Assembly (NCBI GenBank): GCA_045639065.1
Contig: JAZUCK010000001.1
Coordinates: forward strand, 11,331-75,330
From: Alphaproteobacteria bacterium
GTDB lineage: Bacteria; Pseudomonadota; Alphaproteobacteria; RF32; CAG-239
DNA length: 64,000 nucleotides
Reading direction: 5' to 3'
Positions 46,202-57,548 of the stretch are shown here, piece by piece. Made by a program: the position numbers and the translations under genes. The stretch's first letter is position 1; the number at the start of each line of letters is the position of its first letter. Under the pieces are notes generated by a model. The model saw only the letters and a program-made list of their open reading frames with translations, was not told the origin of the DNA and did no database searches.

Positions 46202-47014
46202 CTAATGGTTTATAGCGTTGCCTTCAGCATCATATTTTACGACTTTTGCATTGTCATGCAAGCCTTTGATTATGTCTGCCATAGTTTTTTGAGCCAACAT
46301 TCCTTTGAGTTGGTTTTCAATCTTGTCCAAAGGTTGCGGTTTAGCTTCACGAACGTCTTCGACCAAAATTACATGATAACCGAACTGAGTTTTTACCGGA
46401 GCTTTGGTATATTCGCCTTTTTTCAATTTAAATGCGGCATCACCAAATTCAGGAACCATCATTTCTTTAGTAAAGTAACCCAAGTCAGCAGGTTCTTTGG
46501 AGTATTCTTTGGCCAATTTTTCGAAGTCGCCGTTTTTTTGGAATTTTGCAATAACTTCCTTGGCGGTAGCTTCGTCTTTGACCAAAATGTGCTTGGCCTT
46601 AACTTCTTTCTCGCCATTGAAGGTATTTTTGTAATCTTGATAAAGTTTTTTGACAGCTTCGTCATTAACTCTTTTTCTGACTTCTTTTTCTAAGTATACC
46701 TTGCGAGCTAATTCTTCTTTTAGTGCTTTTAGTTGTTTTTTGTAATCGGCATCATTTTCGATACCTGATTTGGCCGCTTCTTGATAAACAATTTCGCCGT
46801 CAACGAAAATGTCTAAGGTTTTGCCATAGAAATCATCAAAAGAAGTTTTTTCTTTGACTACCGGATTTGCCTCGTAGGCAACTTTAATATCGGCAACCTT
46901 AATTTCTTTACCGTTTACAACAGCGGCAACTCCGTTTTTGCCGGCAGCAAAAGAATTTGCTGAAGCAAACAAAGCAGTTGACATCATTAACATTGCTAAA
47001 AGTTTTTTATTCAT
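46202..47014 (-). CDS. Parvulin-type peptidyl-prolyl isomerase (PrsA/PpiC-like)
   Basis: Signal peptide, AKHILV, DLGYF, MVPEF, PVKTQFGYHVI; start ATG 47014. Confidence 0.92.
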   Translation of the reverse strand: MNKKLLAMLMMSTALFASANSFAAGKNGVAAVVNGKEIKVADIKVAYEANPVVKEKTSFDDFYGKTLDIFVDGEIVYQEAAKSGIENDADYKKQLKALKEELARKVYLEKEVRKRVNDEAVKKLYQDYKNTFNGEKEVKAKHILVKDEATAKEVIAKFQKNGDFEKLAKEYSKEPADLGYFTKEMMVPEFGDAAFKLKKGEYTKAPVKTQFGYHVILVEDVREAKPQPLDKIENQLKGMLAQKTMADIIKGLHDNAKVVKYDAEGNAINH

Positions 47015-47201
47015 TATCACATCTCCAAAACAAATGTTACACTTTATCAATTTATATAATAAATTTTTGCAAAAAATCCAAGATATTTTTTTTGGTAAGG
47101 TTTATAACTTGGTTGGGCTCTTGACTCTGATGATTTAAAACACTAAATATGATGTGTTAAACTATTGATTATAAAATTTATAACCCAAGGATAATTGAAA
47201 T

Positions 47202-49928
47202 ATGATAGGTAGTATTGCACGCAAGATTTTCGGTTCGGCTAATGACAGATATGTAAAAAAACAATATAAAACAGTTGAAAAAATTAATGCTTTAGAGCCT
47301 GAATATAGCGCATTGTCTGATGAACAGCTTTTGGCTAAAACAGCTGAATTTAAACAGCGTTTGGCAAATGGTGAAACCGAAGATGATATTTTGGTAGAAG
47401 CTTTTGCTACAGTTCGTGAGGCGGCAAAACGAACCTTAGGACAGCGTCACTATGATGTTCAACTTATCGGTGGTATTGTGTTACACCATGGTCAAATTGC
47501 CGAAATGAAAACCGGTGAAGGTAAAACTCTTGTTGCAACTTTGGCTGCTTATCTTAATGCTTTGTCCGGCAAGGGCGTTCATATTGTTACAGTAAATGAT
47601 TATTTGGCAAAACGTGATGCTGAGTGGATGGGACAAGTTTATCGTTTTTTGGGTTTGACGGTTGATTATATTGTCCATGAGAAAAATGACGAGCAAAGAC
47701 GTGAGGCTTATAATGCCGATATTTTGTATGGTACAAATAATGAACTAGGTTTTGACTATTTGCGTGATAATATGAAGTTTCGTCGCTCGGATATGGTGCA
47801 ACGTCCGTTTAACTATGCTATTGTGGATGAAGTTGACTCTATTTTGATTGATGAGGCCAGAACTCCGCTTATTATTTCAGGTGCAGCTGAAGACAGTTCG
47901 GAAAAATATATTTTGGTTAATCAAATTATTCCCAAGCTTTTTGATGTTGACTATGAAAAAGATGAAAAAGCTCGTCAAGTTACCTTAACCGAAAAAGGTA
48001 TGATTCATGTTGAAGAGTTATTGAAAAAGGTCGGCCTTATTGCTGAGGGTGGACTGTACGATTTGGCTAATGTAAGCCTTGTTCATCACGTTAATCAGGC
48101 CTTGCGTGCGCACAAAATGCATACCAAAGACGTAGATTATATTGTAAAAGACGGTAAAGTGATGATTATTGATGAATTTACCGGTCGTATGATGGAAGGA
48201 CGTCGTTATTCTGATGGTCTTCATCAGGCAATTGAGGCAAAAGAAGGGGTGAGAATCCAATCAGAAAACCAAACTTTGGCTTCTATTACTTTCCAAAATT
48301 ATTTTCGTATTTATCCGAAACTTTCGGGTATGACCGGTACGGCAATGACCGAAGAAGCCGAATTTAATGATATTTACAATTTAAGTTGTGTCGAAATTCC
48401 GACAAATCGTCCGGTTTTGCGTGAAGATTTACACGATGAAATTTATCGTACCGAACGCGAAAAATTTGATGCTATTATCAAGACAATTCAAGAATGTCAT
48501 GATAAAGGTCAGCCGGTTTTGGTCGGTACGGCATCAATCGAAAAATCAGAATTGGTTGCCGATTTGTTGGCTAAAAATACCAAATTGAAATTTGAGGTTT
48601 TGAATGCTCGTCATCATGAACGCGAAGCTTATATCGTGGCTCAAGCCGGTACTTCGGGTGCTATTACCATTGCTACCAATATGGCCGGTCGCGGTACCGA
48701 TATTCAGCTTGGCGGTAACGTCGAAATGCGCCTGAAAGAAGCCTTAAAAGGAGACGAAACCGAGGAACAAATCGAGGCTTTAAGACAAAAAATTAAACAA
48801 GAAGTTGAAGCTGATAAGCAAAAGGTAAAAGAAGCCGGCGGACTTTATATCTTGGGTACAGAGCGCCACGAAAGCCGTCGTATTGATAACCAATTGCGTG
48901 GTCGTTCCGGTCGTCAGGGGGATCCAGGAACGTCTAAGTTCTTCTTATCATTAGAAGATGATTTGATGCGTATTTTCGGCTCTGAACGTATGAGCATTAT
49001 GCTTCAACGTTTAGGCTTGCCCGAGGGTGAGGCTTTGGTACACCCTTGGATTAGCAAGGCTTTGGAGAAAGCTCAGCAAAAGGTTGAAGAACGTAACTTT
49101 GATATTCGTAAAAATTTGCTCAAATATGATAACGTTATGAATGAACAACGCAAGGTTATTTACGAGCAACGTAAAGAGCTTATGGAGGCAGAAGACGTTT
49201 CGGATACTATTTATGATATGTGTCATGATCAAATTCGCAATGTTGTATATAATGACGTTGTTTACGGCTCAATGCCTAAAGATTGGAATGTTGAAAATAT
49301 GCAACAGGATTTGGCGCGTCTTACAGGTATTTTGTTGCCTTTGGAAGAATGGCGCAATGAAGCTGATATGGATACAGAAAAGCTTATTGATAGAATTACC
49401 GAAGTGGTTGATGAGCAACAAAATAGTAAAAATGCTAATGTGCCTGCCGATATTGTTCGCGCAGTTGAAAAGTCAGTCCTTTTACAAGAACTTGATTCTT
49501 TGTGGAAGGATCATATAGCAACATTAGATTATATGCGTCATACCATTGTTTTGCGTGCTTATGGTCAAAAAGATCCTCTAAACGAATATAAAAAAGAAGC
49601 ATTTAATATGTTCTCGGATATGCTCAATCAGTTAGGTGAGAAGGTTGCGTTTATCATTATGCGCACGGTAATTCAGCAAAATTCGGCTGAGGATATGGAA
49701 ACTCGTAATTCTAAACAAGGAAAAATGCAAGCTGTTCATGAGAGCCCGGTTAATCTTCTTTCGGGAAAACAGGAGAATCACGTTCAAGCCGAAAAACAAG
49801 CTCCGTTTGCTTATGAAAAAACAGAGTTTGATGCAAAAGATCCTACTACATGGGGAAAGGTTGCTCGTAATGATCTTTGTCCATGCGGAAGTGGTAAGAA
49901 GTATAAGCATTGTCACGGTCAAATATAA
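47202..49928 (+). CDS. secA: Preprotein translocase subunit SecA
   Basis: [40 protein letters not shown]-terminal [13 protein letters not shown]. Confidence 0.98.
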   Translation: MIGSIARKIFGSANDRYVKKQYKTVEKINALEPEYSALSDEQLLAKTAEFKQRLANGETEDDILVEAFATVREAAKRTLGQRHYDVQLIGGIVLHHGQIAEMKTGEGKTLVATLAAYLNALSGKGVHIVTVNDYLAKRDAEWMGQVYRFLGLTVDYIVHEKNDEQRREAYNADILYGTNNELGFDYLRDNMKFRRSDMVQRPFNYAIVDEVDSILIDEARTPLIISGAAEDSSEKYILVNQIIPKLFDVDYEKDEKARQVTLTEKGMIHVEELLKKVGLIAEGGLYDLANVSLVHHVNQALRAHKMHTKDVDYIVKDGKVMIIDEFTGRMMEGRRYSDGLHQAIEAKEGVRIQSENQTLASITFQNYFRIYPKLSGMTGTAMTEEAEFNDIYNLSCVEIPTNRPVLREDLHDEIYRTEREKFDAIIKTIQECHDKGQPVLVGTASIEKSELVADLLAKNTKLKFEVLNARHHEREAYIVAQAGTSGAITIATNMAGRGTDIQLGGNVEMRLKEALKGDETEEQIEALRQKIKQEVEADKQKVKEAGGLYILGTERHESRRIDNQLRGRSGRQGDPGTSKFFLSLEDDLMRIFGSERMSIMLQRLGLPEGEALVHPWISKALEKAQQKVEERNFDIRKNLLKYDNVMNEQRKVIYEQRKELMEAEDVSDTIYDMCHDQIRNVVYNDVVYGSMPKDWNVENMQQDLARLTGILLPLEEWRNEADMDTEKLIDRITEVVDEQQNSKNANVPADIVRAVEKSVLLQELDSLWKDHIATLDYMRHTIVLRAYGQKDPLNEYKKEAFNMFSDMLNQLGEKVAFIIMRTVIQQNSAEDMETRNSKQGKMQAVHESPVNLLSGKQENHVQAEKQAPFAYEKTEFDAKDPTTWGKVARNDLCPCGSGKKYKHCHGQI

Positions 49929-49936
49929 AGTAAAAG

Positions 49937-50345
49937 CTTGTATAACGGGCTACTAATACAGAATTTGGAAAATATTTTGTTCGGTCACGTACTATTTTGT
50001 ACGCTCACTCGCAAAATTTTTCAATTCTTATTATTAGCCTCGTTCTCCAACCTTTTTTTTACTCTTATTACGGCTCATCTAAAGCAATTTTACGGGGAAA
50101 GTTAAAAATTCACGTAGCTATTTGTACGCTAAAATTTTTAACTCCCCTAGAAATTACTCTATCTGAACCGTTCTCCAACCTTTTTTAAACTTGTATAACG
50201 GGCTACTAATACAGAATTTAGAAAATATTTTGTTCGGTCACGTACTATTTTGTACGCTCACTCACAAAATTTTTCAATTCTTATTATTAGCCTCGTTCTC
50301 CAACCTTTTTAAAACTCGTATAACGGCTCATCCAAAGCAATTTTA
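49937..50345. repeat. Tandem A-B-A'-B'(partial) array of ~125-bp imperfect palindromes, 253-bp period
   Basis: A 49937-50060, B 50061-50189, A' 50190-about 50312, partial B'; shared junction CGTTCTCCAACCTTTTT and central CACGTA...TATTTGTACGCT. Confidence 0.9.
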
Positions 50346-50354
50346 TGATATAAT

Positions 50355-50380
50355 AAAAGCCTCGTTAAAAGAGGCTTTTT
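50355..50380. terminator. Bidirectional intrinsic terminator between the array and rnhA
   Basis: AAAAGCCTC-GTTAAAA-GAGGCTTTTT. Confidence 0.8.
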
Positions 50381-50385
50381 GTGTG

Positions 50386-50829
50386 TTATCTTCCTTTTCT
50401 TAGAGTCTTACGAGCGTTAATATCGCACCATTGTTGATTTTCGTAATGAAGCCCCTTAAATCCGGTGTGGCCTTTGATGTGATAAATGCGGTAAGCTCGA
50501 TTTGGGGAGTTATCTAGAATTTGGCGTATTTTTAATCCTATTTCACTACGTGTTCCGGCATATTCCTCACGATTTGGACGTTTAATTGTTTGTTTAACAT
50601 TTTTATTATCTGTCATGATGATAATATTTTCATCAGTTTCTTTTAATTGCTCAACAGCATATAATACGGCTTGTAGTTCGGCCATGTTACTATCATTAGC
50701 TTGTTCTAATTTTTTGAAATGTTGATGGCTTGGTTTTTGTCCGTGTTTGTGTCGCATAATGATAACAGCTAATCCTGCTTCTTTTGTGGCTTTATTATAT
50801 GATGCGTCTGTATATACTAATGTTACCAT
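50386..50829 (-). CDS. rnhA: Ribonuclease HI
   Basis: VYTDAS, SNMAEL, IMTD, HIKGHTG, NQQWCD catalytic D-E-D-D set. Confidence 0.85.
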   Translation of the reverse strand: MVTLVYTDASYNKATKEAGLAVIIMRHKHGQKPSHQHFKKLEQANDSNMAELQAVLYAVEQLKETDENIIIMTDNKNVKQTIKRPNREEYAGTRSEIGLKIRQILDNSPNRAYRIYHIKGHTGFKGLHYENQQWCDINARKTLRKGR

Positions 50830-50997
50830 TTTATTTATTCCTTAATTTATTAGATAATGTGTAATATATCACATGTATTCTGTCTAATCAAGCTTTTTGT
50901 CTAATTTTATTTTGGTAATGGTTACACAATTTTAATAATTTCGGTATTATATACTAATAATAATGAATCTATGTGATTTGAATTAAAGGATTGAAAA

Positions 50998-52005
50998 ATG
51001 GCATTTCAAACAAAAAGAGTTGTTAAAAAGATTGTATCATGGGCAGGGTTGTTCTTTTTTGCGGTTGCTGCTTATATGCTCTATGACCAACTTTCAAAGT
51101 ATAGCTTTGATGATATTAAAAATGCCGTATTCTCAATTCCTGCAAAAAATTTGTGGCTGGCTTGTGGCGCTTCGTTCTTAGGATATGTTGCATTATCATC
51201 ATACGATTATTTGGCTTTGCGCTATATAGGAAGAAAATTGGCCGCGTGGAAGTGGATTTTTGCCGGAATTATCGGATTTTCGGTAAGTAATAATGCCGGA
51301 CATGCAATTGTTTCAGGTGGCACTATTCGTTATCGTTTATATACTCGTTGGAGATTTAGAGGAACCGAGATTGTAAGAATGGTTACCTTTTCCGGATTTA
51401 CTTATTTAGTAGCTTGTTTCTTCCTTATTATTGTCGGATATTTTATAACTCCGAATCATGCTTTTGGCGCCGGTTCGGTTTCCAAATTAACGACCGAAGT
51501 TACTACATTGGTATCGTTTGTCGGTTTGCTAGGATATTTTGCTTTGAGTATTTGGTATAAAAAACCGATAAAAATAAAAGATATCGAGCTTGATATGCCA
51601 AGATTTAGAATGGCTTTGGCTCAAATGATTATCGGTGCTGCAGATATTATAATGGATTCTTTTGTTTTATATTTTTCGCTTATTCCATTTGTAGAAATTC
51701 CGTTTGAGACATTTATGGGCGTGTTTATTATTGCCAAAGTTTTGGGCGTGTTTAGTCAAGTTCCCGGTGGTTTGGGTGTGTTTGAAGGTTTGTTTATGTA
51801 CATTATTCCCGGAGAGCATAACCAAGCGATGTTGTTTGGGGCGCTGTTGGCCTATCGAATTATGTATTATTTGTTGCCTTTGGTATTTTCAGCAATAATT
51901 TTATTCAGCTATGAAGGATATCTGAAATATGTTAAAAGACAACAGCTTGAAAAAATTAAGCTTTTCAGATTACAGGAAATAGCACAACAAGAAAGAGCGG
52001 GATAA
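50998..52005 (+). CDS. Lysylphosphatidylglycerol synthase TM (MprF N-terminal-like/UPF0104) membrane protein
   Basis: SYDYLALRY, GGTIRYRLY, SQVPGGLGVFE, YRIMYYLLP. Confidence 0.85.
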   Translation: MAFQTKRVVKKIVSWAGLFFFAVAAYMLYDQLSKYSFDDIKNAVFSIPAKNLWLACGASFLGYVALSSYDYLALRYIGRKLAAWKWIFAGIIGFSVSNNAGHAIVSGGTIRYRLYTRWRFRGTEIVRMVTFSGFTYLVACFFLIIVGYFITPNHAFGAGSVSKLTTEVTTLVSFVGLLGYFALSIWYKKPIKIKDIELDMPRFRMALAQMIIGAADIIMDSFVLYFSLIPFVEIPFETFMGVFIIAKVLGVFSQVPGGLGVFEGLFMYIIPGEHNQAMLFGALLAYRIMYYLLPLVFSAIILFSYEGYLKYVKRQQLEKIKLFRLQEIAQQERAG

Positions 52006-52080
52006 TTTTCTCGCTTTTTTTGTTATTGCAAAAATATTCAAACTATGTTATCTGGCTCTTATATTGTTTAATTTTTTTAT

Positions 52081-52611
52081 TTGATTATTATGGATAATGA
52101 ATTTTGGCGTGTTAAATCGATGGAAGATTTTACGCAAGATGAATGGGACAGTATTTGCCTTAAATGTGGCAAATGTTGTGCAGTAAAAGCAAGCGATACC
52201 AGATGTGTTCATTTTTATAATAGGGTTTGTGACGGCTTGGATATGAATACCGGATTGTGCAAACGCTATGAGAATCGCCTTTGCGAAGATTGTCTGAAAG
52301 TTGACTTTCGATTGCTTTGTAAACAACCATATCAGTTGCCCGAAGAATGTGCTTATCGTATGTTGAAGGAAAAAGGGTATTTGCCGGAGTATCATCCCTT
52401 GATAACCGGAGATGATGAATCGGTGAAAAAGGCTAAGCAAACGGTGCTTGATTGGGAAGACATTCATTCTATTGCCGATATTAGAGAAGCGACAAATGCT
52501 GTATTGAAAAAGGCAAGTGAAGAAGAATGGAGTATGGAACAATTTGAAAATGCCGTAAGTGAGGCTGTTAGAAAGTTTGCTCTTCGGATTGTGAAATCTT
52601 ACAAAATGTAA
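52081..52611 (+). CDS. YcgN / UPF0260 cysteine-cluster protein
   Basis: EWDSICLKCGKCC, CKRYENR, LPEECAYR, YHPLITGD. Confidence 0.85.
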   Translation: MIIMDNEFWRVKSMEDFTQDEWDSICLKCGKCCAVKASDTRCVHFYNRVCDGLDMNTGLCKRYENRLCEDCLKVDFRLLCKQPYQLPEECAYRMLKEKGYLPEYHPLITGDDESVKKAKQTVLDWEDIHSIADIREATNAVLKKASEEEWSMEQFENAVSEAVRKFALRIVKSYKM

Positions 52612-52649
52612 AAAAGGTTCGAAACTAAAAATGTTTCGAACCTTTTTTA

Positions 52650-53843
52650 TTAAAACGGACTGCTTACCTTAGGGTTTGGCTCTTCAGCAGGTTGTGTGCT
52701 GACAGCTTCTTTCTTTTCTGCAGGTGCTTCGGATGTTTGCGACGCAGTTGTTGCAACTTGGGTCGGTTTGGCTTCTTCTTGAGGTACCACAGTTTGCGGA
52801 GCTGGCTTTGGAGAGTTATCAATGCCTAAGTATTTTTCAACAGCTTTTCTTTCTGCTTGTCTTTCTCTTTCGGTAATCAAATTCAAATCGTATAAAATTT
52901 CAAGACGACGAAGATCATCTGCCGCGTCTAAGATATTTTTAGACGGAGCTTTGTTTTTGATGCGATTACGTGGGGCAGGTGACATTAGAGCTTCGATAAT
53001 AACATCTCTTTCGGCTGAAAATTCGCGAGGCGTAATTGTGCGAGTTTCAACACCTTCTTTTAATACTTCCAGTCTTTCAATAATTAAATCAGGTGATGGA
53101 ACAGGAGCATCAATGCCGACGCCGGGAGCTTTGTTTGTCAAAGGCAGTAAACCGCCGATATTGGCTGAGCGGCGTGATAAAAATTCATCTTTGGTGATAA
53201 AATCTTTTTCGGCCAGTTCACGCAAAATTAAAAATCTGGAAACAATATTTTTTTCTGCCGGAGTAAAAATATTGTCCAAGTTGGCAGTTTTTGCTTCTTT
53301 TTCATCTACAACATTTTTATTTAAGGCGTTTACGATAGTAGTATTGGAAATTTCTTCACCGGCCTCATCGCTTATGGCAAAATGTTTGCTTCCGTCACGT
53401 TCCTCAATGGTTAAATTACTTTGTGCGATAGTAATGGCACGTAAGTTGTTTTTAGCTATTTCTTTTATTTTTTGAGGTTGGCCGTTTGAAGAACCTAAGA
53501 CAGATGTTTCATCGCCATTTATGATGATAAGATCTTCATAATATTGACGGGCGCGATTATAGCGACCGAGTTTTTCGGAGGCTAATGCACCTACGAGCAA
53601 GGCTTGTTGATTTCTGGGGTTGGCTTTTAATGCCTCGGTTGTATATGTCAAAGTTTTTTCAAATTGACCGTTAGAATAGGCGAGTGTTGCCTGATCGGCA
53701 TAGCCTTGACCGTCTTTTTCAAACAGTTGAACAAACCAATTAGACTCCTTTGGAGTGTCTTTTTTATCAATTACCGCACATGATGTTAAAAGCCCGAAAG
53801 CCGTTGCTGATAACAAAATTTTGCTATATTTGTGAGAAAACAT
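52650..53843 (-). CDS. Lipoprotein with TPR and SHOCT-like segments
   Basis: Lipobox LTSC, TPR-like helices, three L..L...(G/L).IT..E-type repeats. Confidence 0.65.
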   Translation of the reverse strand: MFSHKYSKILLSATAFGLLTSCAVIDKKDTPKESNWFVQLFEKDGQGYADQATLAYSNGQFEKTLTYTTEALKANPRNQQALLVGALASEKLGRYNRARQYYEDLIIINGDETSVLGSSNGQPQKIKEIAKNNLRAITIAQSNLTIEERDGSKHFAISDEAGEEISNTTIVNALNKNVVDEKEAKTANLDNIFTPAEKNIVSRFLILRELAEKDFITKDEFLSRRSANIGGLLPLTNKAPGVGIDAPVPSPDLIIERLEVLKEGVETRTITPREFSAERDVIIEALMSPAPRNRIKNKAPSKNILDAADDLRRLEILYDLNLITERERQAERKAVEKYLGIDNSPKPAPQTVVPQEEAKPTQVATTASQTSEAPAEKKEAVSTQPAEEPNPKVSSPF

Positions 53844-54003
53844 TAAACATATACTCCGGAAAATAAAATTTTACATTCGAAGTTATAATATAAAATATAA
53901 ATTTATATTACAATATTTTTGTTTGCATTGTGAATTTATACTTGATTTAAAAATTTTATACGTTAGTATTTGCCCTATTGAACGGCTTTTGGAAAACTTA
54001 AAA

Positions 54004-54088
54004 GCGGGTGTGGCGGAACTGGTAGACGCGCCAGACTTAGGATCTGGTTCCGTGAGGAGTGGGGGTTCAAGTCCCTTCACCCGCACCA
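54004..54088 (+). tRNA. tRNA-Leu(TAG)
   Basis: GCGGGTG/CACCCGC acceptor stem, anticodon loop CT-TAG-GA, long variable arm, encoded CCA; upstream of tig. Confidence 0.96.
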
Positions 54089-54138
54089 TCTTTTAGCCAA
54101 AGATGGTTAAATGAAAATATTTTAGAAAGTGAAGTTAG

Positions 54139-55485
54139 ATGAAAATTACCGAATTGAAATCAGAAGGCTTGAACAAGTCTTATAAGGTTGTTATCGAAAA
54201 TAAAGAATTTGCCAAAGAAGTTGATGCTAAACTGGCAAAGCTTGCTAAACAAGTTAAAATACAAGGCTTTAGAGCCGGAAAAGCTCCTTTGGCTATGGTT
54301 AAGAAAAAATATCAAAGCGAGGTTATGGGCGAAGCTTTAGATGAAGCTATTCGTAACGGTTCTAACAAGGTTATGACTGATAATAAATTGCGTCCGGCTA
54401 CTCAACCGGCTATTAAAATCGTTGCTTTCGGCGAAGATAAAAATGTTGAGTTTGATATGGATGTTGAAGTTTTGCCTGAAATTAAACTTGGTGACTTTTC
54501 AAAAATTTCGTTAGATAAATATGTTGCCGATGTTCCTGCTGAAGAAGTTGAAAAGGCTGTTTCTTATTTGGCTAATGCAAGAAAAGAAACAACAGTTGTT
54601 GACGGAAAAGCAGCTCAAAAAGGCGATACAGTTATGATTGATTTCGTCGGTTCTGTTGACGGTGTTGAATTTAACGGCGGTAAAGGTGATAACTATCCTT
54701 TGGAACTCGGTTCCGGTTCTTTCATTCCGGGTTTTGAAGATCAATTGATTGGTGCTAAAGCCGGTGATAAGGTTGATGTTAAAGTTAAGTTCCCTGAAAA
54801 CTATCATGCTAAAGATTTGGCCGGTAAAGATTCTGTTTTCGCTGTTAGCGTTAAAGAAGTTCGCGAGCCAAAGGCTGTTGAAATCAACGATGAGTTGGCA
54901 AAATCTTTGGGCGTTGAAAGCTTAGAAAAATTAAAAGAAAATTTGACTAACAGAATTAAAGCCGATTATGAAAATGCTTCTAAAATGAAGTTGAAACGTC
55001 ATTTGTTAGATGCTTTGGATAAAGAATATAAGTTTGATGTACCAAACTCTTTGGTTGATGCTGAATATAAAGCTATTGTTGAACAATATGAACAAGCTAA
55101 AAAATACAATCAACTTGACGAAGAAGAAAAAAACAAAAAAGAAGCTGATTTGCTTAAGGAATATAAGGATATCGCAATCAGAAGAGTTAAGCTCGGTTTG
55201 TTGCTTTCGGAGGTTGGACAAGATGCTAAGGTTACAATTAAACCTGAAGATATCAATGCTGCAATTATGAATGAAGCTAAGAAATATCCGGGACAAGAAC
55301 AAATGGTTTTGGATTATTACTTGAAAAATAAACAAGCTGTTGAAGCTTTGAAGGCTCCCATCTTTGAAGAAAAAATCATTGACCACGTAATTTCAATCGT
55401 CAAACTTAATGAAAAGAAAGTATCGGTTGAAGAATTATACAAGTTTGATGAGGAAAAGAAATCTTCTAAGAAGAAATCAGCTTAG
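54139..55485 (+). CDS. tig: Trigger factor
   Basis: GFRAGKAP ribosome-binding motif, FKBP domain LELGSGSFIPGFEDQL. Confidence 0.97.
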   Translation: MKITELKSEGLNKSYKVVIENKEFAKEVDAKLAKLAKQVKIQGFRAGKAPLAMVKKKYQSEVMGEALDEAIRNGSNKVMTDNKLRPATQPAIKIVAFGEDKNVEFDMDVEVLPEIKLGDFSKISLDKYVADVPAEEVEKAVSYLANARKETTVVDGKAAQKGDTVMIDFVGSVDGVEFNGGKGDNYPLELGSGSFIPGFEDQLIGAKAGDKVDVKVKFPENYHAKDLAGKDSVFAVSVKEVREPKAVEINDELAKSLGVESLEKLKENLTNRIKADYENASKMKLKRHLLDALDKEYKFDVPNSLVDAEYKAIVEQYEQAKKYNQLDEEEKNKKEADLLKEYKDIAIRRVKLGLLLSEVGQDAKVTIKPEDINAAIMNEAKKYPGQEQMVLDYYLKNKQAVEALKAPIFEEKIIDHVISIVKLNEKKVSVEELYKFDEEKKSSKKKSA

Positions 55486-55500
55486 TTTTATTAATTGATT

Positions 55501-55539
55501 AAAAAAAGTCCCTCAATACTTGTTTGAGGGATTTTTTTT
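55501..55539 (+). terminator. Intrinsic terminator after tig
   Basis: AAAGTCCCTCAA-loop-TTGAGGGATTTTTTT. Confidence 0.8.
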
Positions 55540-55634
55540 GTAAAAAAATGGTTTTCTTAATAATTTATTGATTATATTATGATATGTGAAAATAAGATTA
55601 GTGTCTTTATTTTTTTAGGAAGGATATAAAAATT

Positions 55635-56246
55635 ATGAGTGAAATCAGAGACAGTTTAGTTCCTATGGTTATTGAACAAACATCCAGAGGCGAGCGTTCC
55701 TTTGATATTTTTTCAAGATTGTTGAAGGAAAGAATTATATTTTTAACCGGTGAAGTTAATGATGAAGTATCTGCTTTGGTTTGCGCTCAGCTTTTGTTTT
55801 TGGAGGCTGAAGATCCGAAAAAAGATATTTTCCTTTATATTAATTCTCCGGGTGGCGTAGTTACTTCCGGTATGGCAATGTATGACACAATGCAATATAT
55901 TTCTTGTGATGTGAATACGCTTTGTATCGGTCAGGCTTGCTCTATGGGGTCATTATTATTGGCCGGAGGTGCTAAGGGAAAACGATTTGCTCTGCCTAAT
56001 GCCAGAATTATGATTCACCAACCATCCGGCGGATTTAGAGGACAGGCAACTGATATTGAAATTCATGCTAAAGAAATTTTGGATATGAAAAAACGTTTGA
56101 ACCAAATTTATGCTAATCATACCGGTAAAAAGTTAGATGTTATCGAAAAAGCCATGGAACGTGATAACTTTATGACACCGCAAGAAGCCAAGAAATTCGG
56201 TCTTATCGATCATATTGTTACATCTCGTGAAGAGTTGAGTAAATAA
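55635..56246 (+). CDS. clpP: ATP-dependent Clp protease proteolytic subunit
   Basis: YINSPGG, GQACSMG, IMIHQP, MERDNFM. Confidence 0.98.
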   Translation: MSEIRDSLVPMVIEQTSRGERSFDIFSRLLKERIIFLTGEVNDEVSALVCAQLLFLEAEDPKKDIFLYINSPGGVVTSGMAMYDTMQYISCDVNTLCIGQACSMGSLLLAGGAKGKRFALPNARIMIHQPSGGFRGQATDIEIHAKEILDMKKRLNQIYANHTGKKLDVIEKAMERDNFMTPQEAKKFGLIDHIVTSREELSK

Positions 56247-56257
56247 GGAAGTGAAAA

Positions 56258-57505
56258 ATGACAGATTCAAAAGAAAAATTACATTGTTCGTTCTGCGGTA
56301 AAAGCCAAGATGAAGTAAAAAAATTGGTGGCAGGACGCGGTGTTTATATTTGCGATGAATGTATTGAAGTTTGTATCAGTATTGTTTCTGATGAAATTAA
56401 AGAGATGGAAAAGTCTGAAGGTAAAATGAGTTTTGATACTTTGCCGTCTCCGTCAAAAATTAAAGAATTTTTGGATCAATATGTAATCGGGCAAGACAGA
56501 GCTAAAAAAGTTTTGGCTGTTGCCGTATATAATCACTATAAACGACTAAACTCAAAGAAGAAAAATAATGATGTAGATATTTCAAAGTCTAACGTTATTT
56601 TAATTGGTTCGACCGGTTGTGGTAAAACCTTGTTGGCACAAACTTTGGCTAAAATTTTAGATGTACCGTTTGCTATTGCCGATGCTACTACTTTGACCGA
56701 AGCCGGATACGTTGGTGAGGATGTTGAAAATATTATCTTAAAATTGGTGCAAAATGCTAATTATGATATTGAAAAAGCTCAACGAGGTATTGTTTATATT
56801 GATGAGATTGATAAGATTACCCGCAAATCTGACAGTGCTTCGATTACTCGTGACGTATCGGGTGAAGGTGTACAACAGGCTTTGCTCAAAATTATTGAAG
56901 GTACTGTTGCCAATGTTCCTCCTCAAGGTGGCAGAAAGCATCCTCAACAAGAGTTTTTACATGTAGATACTACAAACATTTTGTTTATTTGTGGCGGTGC
57001 GTTTGCCGGTTTGGAAAAAATTGTTGGTCGCCGAGGGAAAGAGACTTCTATCGGTTTTGGTGCCAGAGTTGCTTCTAAAGAAGAAAGAAATGTGGGCGAA
57101 ATTATTAAAGACGTACAGCCGGAAGATTTGTTAAAATATGGTATGATTCCAGAATTTGTCGGACGTCTTCCAATTATAACAACTTTAGAAGACTTGAATG
57201 AAGATACCTTGGTTAAGGTTTTGACTGAACCGAAAAATGCTTTAGTAAAACAGTATGATATGATGTTTGATATGGAAAATGTAAAATTGACATTTACCAA
57301 GGAAGCATTGCGTGCAGTTGCTAAAAAGGCCATTGAACGTAAAACCGGTGCAAGAGGTTTGCGTGCTATTATGGAGGAAATACTACTTGATTTGATGTAT
57401 GAAATTCCTGATCAGACAGATGTGGCCGAAATTGTTATTGATGATAAAGTAGTCAATAACGGTAAGTCGCCGAAATATATTCATACTAAGAAAAAAGCAG
57501 TATAG
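56258..57505 (+). CDS. clpX: ATP-dependent Clp protease ATP-binding subunit
   Basis: CSFCGK zinc finger, [29 protein letters not shown]. Confidence 0.98.
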   Translation: MTDSKEKLHCSFCGKSQDEVKKLVAGRGVYICDECIEVCISIVSDEIKEMEKSEGKMSFDTLPSPSKIKEFLDQYVIGQDRAKKVLAVAVYNHYKRLNSKKKNNDVDISKSNVILIGSTGCGKTLLAQTLAKILDVPFAIADATTLTEAGYVGEDVENIILKLVQNANYDIEKAQRGIVYIDEIDKITRKSDSASITRDVSGEGVQQALLKIIEGTVANVPPQGGRKHPQQEFLHVDTTNILFICGGAFAGLEKIVGRRGKETSIGFGARVASKEERNVGEIIKDVQPEDLLKYGMIPEFVGRLPIITTLEDLNEDTLVKVLTEPKNALVKQYDMMFDMENVKLTFTKEALRAVAKKAIERKTGARGLRAIMEEILLDLMYEIPDQTDVAEIVIDDKVVNNGKSPKYIHTKKKAV

Positions 57506-57514
57506 TTTTGTGAT

Positions 57515-57548
57515 AAAAAAGAGCTGATAAAATATCAGCTCTTTTTTT
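57515..57548. terminator. Bidirectional intrinsic terminator
   Basis: AAAAAAGAGCTGAT-AAAAT-ATCAGCTCTTTTTTT. Confidence 0.8.

Noticed and set aside
38216-49928. Many short antisense or alternate-frame ORFs inside nifJ, SPFH, prfC and secA (and similar ones elsewhere)
   Set aside because: Fully nested in well-supported genes with no motifs or RBS; attributable to codon bias.
49937-50312. Integron attC / VCR interpretation
   Set aside because: Length and AAC...GTT closure are similar, but GTTCTCC does not fit GTTRRRY, the region next to the R box is paired rather than an unpaired spacer, there are no cassettes between units and no integrase is present.
49937-50345. CRISPR array interpretation of the ~33-bp junction repeats
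   Set aside because: Spacers are ~90 bp, palindromic and duplicated (A equals A'), repeats are degenerate, and no cas genes are in the window.
49937-50829. Retron-like system (hairpins next to RNase H)
   Set aside because: No reverse transcriptase in the window; rnhA is convergent, separated by a terminator, and looks like the housekeeping enzyme.
53883-54089. 68-aa minus-strand ORF
   Set aside because: Antisense shadow of tRNA-Leu.
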